Of a stretch of DNA of 64,000 nucleotides, positions 56,480-64,000 are shown one piece after another. Where the stretch lies: contig CALKEP010000015.1 of NCBI GenBank assembly GCA_938084645.1, positions 37,094 to 101,093 of the forward strand, in the 5' to 3' direction. A program made the translations under genes and the position numbers. Position 1 is the stretch's first letter; each line of letters starts with the position of its first letter. The notes beneath the pieces are model-generated. The model worked only from the letters and a program-made list of their open reading frames with translations, did no database searches and had not been told where the DNA came from. This DNA comes from an uncultured Phycisphaerales bacterium (GTDB lineage: Bacteria; Planctomycetota; Phycisphaerae; Phycisphaerales; SM1A02).

Positions 56480-58717
56480 TCAGAGTCGACAGCGACCCCA
56501 CCCGTCGATGATGATCGTCAGGTCCCGGTGGTTGGTCGAACCGTCGCCGTCGAGGTCGTAGACACCTTCCTGAATCGAAGTTTTCGCGTCGAAGTGCTCG
56601 AGAAGCACCTCGATGTCACGTTGGTCGACCACGCCGTCCGCATCAAGGTCGCGCCAGCAGCCCTCATCGCTACGAGCCAGCAGGAGAAGCAACGGGCCGC
56701 CGACCTCGTCCGGCCGATTCGAGCGGATCGCGGTCCCGTCGAGATTCAGTGTGTCGATCGTGGATCGACCCCACACCCCACCACCTTCGAAAGCCTGGTT
56801 TCCGACGATCAGGGATTCCTCGACATGCAGTTGTGATGGTTCGTTCCCGTCGTTGAAATGGAAGATCCCACCTCCGCGGTCACTCCGATTTCCAATGAAA
56901 CGGCATCCGTGGAATCGATTGCATCCGCTCACCGTCTTGACGCCTCCGCCGCCACCCGGAGTCCATCCATCGAGGAAGTCGCAGTCCAGGATCTCGGCCT
57001 GACCCCGGAAGAACATCGCATTGCCCCCGTCGGCATCCGCGTAGCCTCGAATGAAGACACACCGTTCGATTCGGCCCACGAAGTTCATCGCGTAGAGGTT
57101 GCCACCGAACGTCGACCGGTTTTCGTCGAAGATGCAATCCGCGAGATGAACGGCATTGTTGTGCAGGTAGACGCCACCTCCCACCCAGAATCCACCGGGC
57201 GACCGACTGCCGGTCGAACCTCCCGAGAGAGTGAACCCCGTGATCTTCGTTCTGGAGTCGACTCCGTTGCCGACTCTGAGCACGCTTGCTTCCGCACTGG
57301 TCGGCCGGATCACGGTCACTTCGGCACCGCCCGCCGATTCCAGGGTGAAGGCGGACCTGGATTCGATCACGAGGCACTCCTGATACGTGCCTGGTTGCAC
57401 CACGATCCGTCCACCATCACCAACCATCTCGATCGCCTCTTGAATCGATGGCGTGTCGTGGGGAACCGAGACCAGCATGGGCTTGACGACTTGGACGACG
57501 TTTCGATCCGATCGAAGCAGAACGCCGACCAGGATGCCGAAGAGGACGATCGCCACCGACAACGGAAGCAGTGCCTTCGATCGTCCTCGCTCGCGCATGC
57601 TTCGTGAAGCATTTCGACTTGACATCGCCGCTCGGATCTCCGAGGCCAGCACCGAAGCGTCCGACTGCCGCTTTCGGGGCTCCTTCGAAAGCGCTCGATC
57701 GATCACCCGAACCAGCGATTCGGGCGTCGAAGGTGCGATCCGCCGAAGATCGAGGGGTGGGACATGTCGAATGGCTTGTGCCGCGGCAAGCAGATTTTCA
57801 CCAATCTCGTAGGGCGCTCGCCCGGCGATCACTCGAAACGCCAGCACGCCGAGCGCGTAGACGTCGGTTCGTGGTGTCACGGGACCAAGGGATGAATCGA
57901 TCTGCTCCGGAGCCATGTACGCCGGAGTCCCGATCAGGACGCCCTCCCGGGTTCGGTGCATGCCGGATCGATGAAGGTCCGAATGGAGGCGGGCGATTCC
58001 GAAGTCAATCACTCGAATTCGCCCGTCCGATCCCACCAGAAGATTGCTCGGCTTCAGATCCCGATGCACGATTCCCCTGGCATGGGCCTGTGCGATGGCG
58101 TCGCAGGCTTCCACCAGAAGATCGACGACGGATTCCGCTCCAGCGGTGTTCGAACCGATCGTCCGGTCGGTGATCCATCGTGAATCAGGAACCAACTCCA
58201 TCGCGATCCACGCGAGGTCCGAATTCGAAGCTTCACCATCACCCAGATTCGAATCGAATGCCCGAACGATCCCGGGATGATCCAACCGGCGAAGCATCTC
58301 GACTTCGGCACGAAACCGATCCATCATCCTTCCATCGCCGTTTCGAGATTCGAGAATCTTGATGGCGGCGTCACCTCCGTGATCCTGATGGATGCTGGAG
58401 GATCCACACCACTCCGCTCGGAAGACGATGCCCCCTCCGCCTTCACCGATGAGTTCCATCAAGCGCCAGTGACCCTCATGTGATTCGAGGGTGGTCCCGA
58501 TCAGGGAGTGCCCGAATCGAGAGGCCTGGATCTCTTGGACTTCCTGTTCGACCCCCACAAGCAACTGGTTCACGGATGTCTCGAGAGCCTCGTCTCCGCC
58601 ACAGGCTCCGTGGAGGAAGCGTTCTCTCTCATCCATGGGCACTCCGACTGCCGCGTCGAAGATCCGTCGGATCATCAAGTCACGGTCGATGGTTGAGTCC
58701 CTATCGTCTTGATCCAT
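56480..58717 (-). CDS. Transmembrane Hanks-type Ser/Thr kinase with beta-helix and dockerin-like ectodomain
   Basis: GEGGGGIV, AIK, HRDLKPSN, DFG, GTPAYMAPE; TM; SIQEAI..GTYQE beta-helix start; DLDADGVVDQRD and DLDGDGSTNHRD; start uncertain. Confidence 0.88.
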   Translation of the reverse strand: MDQDDRDSTIDRDLMIRRIFDAAVGVPMDERERFLHGACGGDEALETSVNQLLVGVEQEVQEIQASRFGHSLIGTTLESHEGHWRLMELIGEGGGGIVFRAEWCGSSSIHQDHGGDAAIKILESRNGDGRMMDRFRAEVEMLRRLDHPGIVRAFDSNLGDGEASNSDLAWIAMELVPDSRWITDRTIGSNTAGAESVVDLLVEACDAIAQAHARGIVHRDLKPSNLLVGSDGRIRVIDFGIARLHSDLHRSGMHRTREGVLIGTPAYMAPEQIDSSLGPVTPRTDVYALGVLAFRVIAGRAPYEIGENLLAAAQAIRHVPPLDLRRIAPSTPESLVRVIDRALSKEPRKRQSDASVLASEIRAAMSSRNASRSMRERGRSKALLPLSVAIVLFGILVGVLLRSDRNVVQVVKPMLVSVPHDTPSIQEAIEMVGDGGRIVVQPGTYQECLVIESRSAFTLESAGGAEVTVIRPTSAEASVLRVGNGVDSRTKITGFTLSGGSTGSRSPGGFWVGGGVYLHNNAVHLADCIFDENRSTFGGNLYAMNFVGRIERCVFIRGYADADGGNAMFFRGQAEILDCDFLDGWTPGGGGGVKTVSGCNRFHGCRFIGNRSDRGGGIFHFNDGNEPSQLHVEESLIVGNQAFEGGGVWGRSTIDTLNLDGTAIRSNRPDEVGGPLLLLLARSDEGCWRDLDADGVVDQRDIEVLLEHFDAKTSIQEGVYDLDGDGSTNHRDLTIIIDGWGRCRL

Positions 58718-59097
58718 GCCGCTCGGTCTTTCGATCGCTCGAGCTCCCAAGGCATCGAGTGCCACCGTGGAGTTCTTGCCCCGGATGTCGACCCACGTCC
58801 ATGGACCGAAGGAGATCCGACGAGGGAGGTTGGGAAGTTTCTGCCGATTCACCGTCGAAGATATCAAACACCCGGACCTGAAATCGAAGACCCGGGTCTG
58901 CGGCGTTTCATTCGACGGCGTTTCCTGAAACGACACCGCGATTGCAGGCTCGGACATTGCGGCGTTTTCTCGATCGATGTGGAAGATTCGTGCATTCGGG
59001 ATCGACTCCGTCATAATGAGAAAAGTCGATTTGCAACCACGGTCCCGGGTCCGGGTCGTGTTTGAATCCAACTGAATCATCGGTATCGGAGCGCACC

Positions 59098-62000
59098 TTG
59101 AAGAGACATCTCCTGATCGGTCTTCTTTCCACTGGAATCGCCATGACGGCGATCGCATCCGATTCGTCGGACCGACTGGAGCTTCGCAACGCCACGCTCG
59201 AGATGCCTTCGGTCCCGATGGCGGAGCGGGCCGCACGGATCGCCGCCTCTTCGAATCGGACGTCCGACCGCCATGTGGTGGTGCGACTGGCTTCGGTGCC
59301 GACCGATCGCGAGAAAGCCGAACTGGAGCGGGACGGTCTTCGCCTGGTCACCTGCGTCGCCCCGACGGTATGGATCGCATCGACGAAGCCGTCCGCCGTC
59401 GAGACACTCGATTCGATCGCGTCGCGACTGGAGTGGATCGGGGCGCTTCCGACGGAAGCCAAGATCCACCCCTACCTCGCCGCGGGGAGAATTCCCGACT
59501 GGACGGTGGCGAAGGACGCGATCGACGCGTTCATGGATGGCCGGGAGTTCGACATCCGGCGACTGGCGGAACAGATCGACGCGATGGGAGATCCCGAGAT
59601 CGCGATCTATGCCATCGCACATTCGGACGTCGACCTCGGCGACTTCGAGGAGACGATCGCGATGATCGGTGGGAAGGTCCGGTCGAGGATCACCACGGTC
59701 AACGGCCTGATGGTCCGGCTTCGCATGTCCGCCGTCGATCGGCTGGCCATGTCCGACGACACGCTCTGGATCGAGCCCGCGCTTCCCCCGCTCGAGGCGA
59801 ACAACGAATCGAATCGGATGAACACGCAGGTCGACGAGGTTCGTGAGGCGCCGTACGGGCTCGACGGGTCCGGGGTCACGGTGATGGTGTATGACGGCGG
59901 ATTCGCGGATGCGTCGCATCCCGACTTCGGCGGGCGACTCACGGTGCGTGATTCGAGCGGTCAATCGAGTCACGCCACGCACGTCTCGGGAACGGTCGGC
60001 GGCGACGGATCCAATTCCGGTGGAACCAATGCCGGAATGGCACCCGGGGTGACGATCGAAAGCTACGGATTCGAGCAGGAGGGAGGCCTCTCCGAGGGGT
60101 TCCTCTACACCGATCCCGGGGATCTCGAAGCGGACTACGCCGATGCGATCCTCAACCATGGCGCGGTCGTCGCGAACAACTCGATCGGGACCAACACGGC
60201 CCCGAACGGTTTTCCCTGCGAGTGGACGGGCGACTACGGGGTCACCAGCAACCTGATCGACTCCGTGGTCCGGGGTGGCCTAGGCGCGCCGATTCGAATC
60301 GTCTGGGCCAACGGCAACGAACGCCAGACCGATCGATGCGGGGAATTCTTCAACACCACGGCGCCACCGGCCTGTGCGAAGAACCACATCACGGTGGGTG
60401 CGACGAACTCCAACGACGATTCGATCACCTCCTTCACCAGCTGGGGACCGTCCGACGATGGTCGCATCAAGCCCGACATCACGGCACCGGGCTGTCAGAG
60501 CGACGGTGACAACGGCGTCACCAGCACCGTGCCCGGGGGCGGATACTCGAGTTATTGCGGCACTTCGATGGCGTCGCCGACCGCGACCGGCATCGCCGCG
60601 TTGATCATCCAGGACTGGCGGCAGCGGTATCCCGATCGAGAGGACATCAGGAACAGTTCCCTGAAGGCGCTGCTCGCCAACTCCGGTGACGACCTCGGGA
60701 ATCCCGGTCCCGACTGCCAGTATGGATTCGGAACGATCCGGGCCCGGCAGGCGATCGACGCACTTCGGTCGGACGCGGTCATCGAGAACGAGATCGCGGA
60801 CGGCGACGTGGCCGAATATCTCGTGATCGTCGAACCGGGCGATCCTGAACTCCGAGTCACCCTCGCGTGGGATGATGCGCCGGCGACTCCGCTGGCCGCC
60901 ACCGCACTGGTGAACGATCTCGATCTGGTGGTCACCGACCCTTCCGGAAACCGTTGGTTCTCCTGGACCATCGATCCCTCGGATCCCGGTGCTCCGGCGA
61001 CTCGAAGTGGCGAGGATCGGCGGAACAACATGGAACAGGTCTCGGTCCAGGCGCCGGCCGCCGGGGCGTGGCGGGTCCGGATCAGGGGACATGCGGTTCC
61101 GGTCGGTCCGCAGGAATACGGACTCGCCGCATCGCCGAGCCCGACGTCGTGCAGCTCGACCGGAATCGTCGGATTCGGCCGCTCGTTCGTCCGTCCCGAG
61201 ACGATCGTCCCCATCACGGTCGTCGACTGTGATCTCAACACCGATGACGACGTCACCAACACCATCGCGGTGGACGTCTGGAGCGATGACGATCCATTGG
61301 GATTCCAGACCGTGCTCACCGAGGTCGATCCCGCCGCCGCGAATTTCCTCGGGTCCGTGGAACTCACCTCCGATCCGGACGGGTTCGGTCTCCACGCGGT
61401 CGATGGCTCGACGATCTACGTCAGGTATCGCGACGCGAACGATGCCGGCGGTGGCACCGATGTCGTACTGATCGACACCGCGATCGTCGACGGGATGATC
61501 GAGGCGCCGACTTCGGTCGAGGCCGTCGAATTCGGAGCGAACTACGCGGCGATCCGAGTCGTCTCGGATGAACCGGTTCGCGTATCGGTGATGTACGGGC
61601 TTTCCTGCGACAACCTGGCCGAGGAGACGTCGAGTTCGTCGTTCTCTTCCGACCAGACCATCGTGATCACCGGTCTCGAGGACACGTTCACCTATTACTT
61701 CCGAATCACCCTCACCGATGCCGCTGGGAACGTCGGCGAATACGGCAATGGTCCGGATTGCTTCGAATTCACGGTTCCCGATGCGATCGACTACTTCGCC
61801 GAGCAGTTCTCCGGCGGCTTCGATCTCGCCTATACGTCACTTCGATTCATCCCGGTCGAGTCCGCGGACGAAGTCGCCCCGTGTTCGGAGACCGCCACGG
61901 CACTTCCCGTGGATCCGAGCGGTGGTGTGACGATCTCGCTCGGCGACGATGCCTCGGAATTCATATCACTGCCGTTCGAATTCCCCTTCTACGGGGAATC

Positions 62001-63993
62001 GTGGGATTCGGTGTACGTTGGAAGCAACGGGTACCTGACCTTCGGTGCTTCGGACACGGGATACAACGAGTCCATCGCGAGCCACTTCAGCCTGCCGAGA
62101 ATCTCCGCGCTCTTCGACGATCTCAACCCGAGTACGGGGGGTGTCGTCTCGTACCGCGATCTCGGAAGCCGGTTCGCGGTCAGCTGGGTCGACGTGAACG
62201 AGTACGGTACTTCGAACCAGAACACCTTCCAGGTGGTGCTCCACGCGACAGGCGAGATCGAGATCGGATGGCAGCAGATCGACCTGACCGATGCGGTCGT
62301 CGGACTTTCCGATGGAAGTGGCGTTCAGGCGGATTTCATTCCCGCGGACTTCTCCGGTTCGAGCAGCGGTTGCCTTCCTCGTCCGCCGGTCGCGAACGAT
62401 CTTTCGTACGTCATCGGCATCGGTGATTCGGTGGAGATCACGCTCTCGGCCAGCGATGACGGCCCGGTGGAGGCGCTTTCCTTCATCGTCGATTCGCTGC
62501 CGCAGCGTGATCTTCGCGATCTCGCGACGGGCGCGCTGATCACCGCGGTACCGCACATCGTCTCGGGTACCGGTCCGCATCTCCGAATGGAGTCGAGCGA
62601 TGCCTGGGAAGGCGTCGCGGAGTTCGTGTATCACGCGGACGACGGCGGAACGCCTCCGGAAGGGGGGCCGTCGGGTCCGGCGGTCGTGACCGTCGTCATT
62701 TCGTCCGGCCCTCAGGTCGTGCATCGGTTCGACTTCGACGTCGATCCCGGCTGGGAGACCGAGGGTCAATGGGCCTTCGGACAACCGACCGGACAGGGTG
62801 GTGCGTGGGGGTCGCCGGATCCCACCTCCGGGGCGACGGGCGATTTCGTCTACGGCTACAACCTGAATGGTGATTACGAGAACGGGCTCCCCGAATTCAA
62901 CCTGACCACGACGCCCATCGACTGCTCGAACGTCACCGGAACCACGTTGCGATTCCAGCGTTGGCTTGGTGTCGAAAGCGCGAGCTACGATCACGCCGCG
63001 ATCGAGATCTCGGTCGATGGTGGGCCGTTCGCCGTGGTCTGGGACCACTCCGGCGGCAGTTCGAGTGACTCGGAGTGGGTCGAGGTCGAGTACGACATCT
63101 CGGCCGTCGCCGATGGTCGGTCGGATGTCCGCATTCGCTGGGTGATGGGCACCACCGATGGTTCCGTCGTCTATTGCGGATGGAACATCGACGACGTCGA
63201 GATCATCGGCGTCGTCCCCAATGAGAACACGCCAGGGGATCTCAACGGAGACGGCCTGGTCAACGGTGCCGACATGGGACTCATGCTCGTGTCGTGGGGG
63301 CCGTGCCCGGGTTGCCCGGCCGATCTCAACGGGGATGGAGTCGTCGATGGCGCCGACATGGGCCTGCTTCTGACCTACTGGTCATCCGGGTTCGCACGGT
63401 CCGTCGCGACCGAGGATCGTGATCGGGCCGGAGAGGACGATCGTGATGGAGCCGAGATCCAGACGGATCCCAGACTGATCAATCGGGATCTGCTCGTGGT
63501 GGCGGACCACGATGGTCTGATCGTCTCGGAGACTGGATATCGTCAGGAACAGGACGCGCGGCTCGTCATCGAAATCGATGGGGAGGCGCCGATTCTCGAT
63601 CACGACCTGATGGTCGTTCGCGGCGAATCGACCCTTGCCGGGGTGCTCGAGATTCGCGTCGCCGACCACCGACGGCTGGCATCGGGGATCTTCGTGGTCC
63701 TCGTCTCCGATTCGATGGTCGGTGCATTCGATTCCATCGAGATGCCGACCGGCACCCGTGAGGATGTCCGGATCTGTGCGAGCGATCATGCCATCCTGAT
63801 CGTCGTCGGTGAAATCGAGAACGGAGTCGAGCTGGGCGATGCCCGTCCTTCGGGCGTCGACGAGGTCCTCGACCTCATCGACGTGATGCATGGGATCGTC
63901 CATGACGATGCCGCGTGGGATCTCGACGGCAACGGCCTGACGGACACCGAAGATCTCCGCATCCTGCTCGACCGATTCATCGGATGTGACTGA
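59098..63993 (+). CDS. Secreted multidomain S8 (subtilase, Kp43-like) serine peptidase with dockerin-like repeats
   Basis: Signal peptide from TTG 59098; triad VYDGG / SHATHV / GTSMAS; DLDL..NNMEQV; FN3- and lectin-like regions; GDLNGDGLVNGAD and ADLNGDGVVDGAD. Confidence 0.92.
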   Translation: MKRHLLIGLLSTGIAMTAIASDSSDRLELRNATLEMPSVPMAERAARIAASSNRTSDRHVVVRLASVPTDREKAELERDGLRLVTCVAPTVWIASTKPSAVETLDSIASRLEWIGALPTEAKIHPYLAAGRIPDWTVAKDAIDAFMDGREFDIRRLAEQIDAMGDPEIAIYAIAHSDVDLGDFEETIAMIGGKVRSRITTVNGLMVRLRMSAVDRLAMSDDTLWIEPALPPLEANNESNRMNTQVDEVREAPYGLDGSGVTVMVYDGGFADASHPDFGGRLTVRDSSGQSSHATHVSGTVGGDGSNSGGTNAGMAPGVTIESYGFEQEGGLSEGFLYTDPGDLEADYADAILNHGAVVANNSIGTNTAPNGFPCEWTGDYGVTSNLIDSVVRGGLGAPIRIVWANGNERQTDRCGEFFNTTAPPACAKNHITVGATNSNDDSITSFTSWGPSDDGRIKPDITAPGCQSDGDNGVTSTVPGGGYSSYCGTSMASPTATGIAALIIQDWRQRYPDREDIRNSSLKALLANSGDDLGNPGPDCQYGFGTIRARQAIDALRSDAVIENEIADGDVAEYLVIVEPGDPELRVTLAWDDAPATPLAATALVNDLDLVVTDPSGNRWFSWTIDPSDPGAPATRSGEDRRNNMEQVSVQAPAAGAWRVRIRGHAVPVGPQEYGLAASPSPTSCSSTGIVGFGRSFVRPETIVPITVVDCDLNTDDDVTNTIAVDVWSDDDPLGFQTVLTEVDPAAANFLGSVELTSDPDGFGLHAVDGSTIYVRYRDANDAGGGTDVVLIDTAIVDGMIEAPTSVEAVEFGANYAAIRVVSDEPVRVSVMYGLSCDNLAEETSSSSFSSDQTIVITGLEDTFTYYFRITLTDAAGNVGEYGNGPDCFEFTVPDAIDYFAEQFSGGFDLAYTSLRFIPVESADEVAPCSETATALPVDPSGGVTISLGDDASEFISLPFEFPFYGESWDSVYVGSNGYLTFGASDTGYNESIASHFSLPRISALFDDLNPSTGGVVSYRDLGSRFAVSWVDVNEYGTSNQNTFQVVLHATGEIEIGWQQIDLTDAVVGLSDGSGVQADFIPADFSGSSSGCLPRPPVANDLSYVIGIGDSVEITLSASDDGPVEALSFIVDSLPQRDLRDLATGALITAVPHIVSGTGPHLRMESSDAWEGVAEFVYHADDGGTPPEGGPSGPAVVTVVISSGPQVVHRFDFDVDPGWETEGQWAFGQPTGQGGAWGSPDPTSGATGDFVYGYNLNGDYENGLPEFNLTTTPIDCSNVTGTTLRFQRWLGVESASYDHAAIEISVDGGPFAVVWDHSGGSSSDSEWVEVEYDISAVADGRSDVRIRWVMGTTDGSVVYCGWNIDDVEIIGVVPNENTPGDLNGDGLVNGADMGLMLVSWGPCPGCPADLNGDGVVDGADMGLLLTYWSSGFARSVATEDRDRAGEDDRDGAEIQTDPRLINRDLLVVADHDGLIVSETGYRQEQDARLVIEIDGEAPILDHDLMVVRGESTLAGVLEIRVADHRRLASGIFVVLVSDSMVGAFDSIEMPTGTREDVRICASDHAILIVVGEIENGVELGDARPSGVDEVLDLIDVMHGIVHDDAAWDLDGNGLTDTEDLRILLDRFIGCD

Positions 63994-64000
63994 GAAACCC

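Noticed and set aside
27570..59236. Long N-terminal extensions in the ORF track (e.g. to 31040, 36248, 40975, 59236)
   Set aside because: They overlap neighbouring genes; internal starts with signal peptides, -10 boxes or ATGA coupling fit better
1537..63048. Many long antisense or alternate-frame ORFs (e.g. 1537-3573 -, 13295-15055 +, 38755-40986 -, 44339-46579 -, 49042-50901 -)
   Set aside because: They shadow well-supported genes, are Arg/Pro/Ser-rich or mirror codon bias, and are expected in stop-poor high-GC DNA
1..64000. CRISPR arrays, tRNA/rRNA genes, IS elements, prophage or defence genes
   Set aside because: No spaced direct repeats, cloverleaf or rRNA signatures, transposase or integrase motifs were seen; nearly all sequence is accounted for by CDS

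Overview
High-GC, gene-dense chromosomal segment, most likely from a Planctomycetota (Phycisphaerae-like) bacterium. This is inferred from the DUF1549/DUF1553-DUF1501 pair, the PVC-type heme protein, the MoxR-DUF58-BatA cluster and dockerin-like tails. It holds a complete seven-gene his operon with two fusions (HisC-HAD and HisA-HisI-HisE), dnaA followed by a probable oriC, mutM, recO, lgt, lipA, c-di-GMP genes, an eight-gene MoxR/vWA cluster, and a divergent membrane Ser/Thr kinase and S8 protease that both carry dockerin-like motifs. The most notable signal is missing from the ORF track: a 28-aa, 7-His leader peptide with a protector hairpin and intrinsic terminator upstream of hisG, apparently translated leaderless, i.e. 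a probable histidine attenuator. Six genes also have a TANNNT hexamer exactly 6 nt before the ATG, suggesting widespread leaderless mRNAs. No tRNA, rRNA, CRISPR array or mobile element was seen. All calls come from motif recognition by eye; no searches were run.
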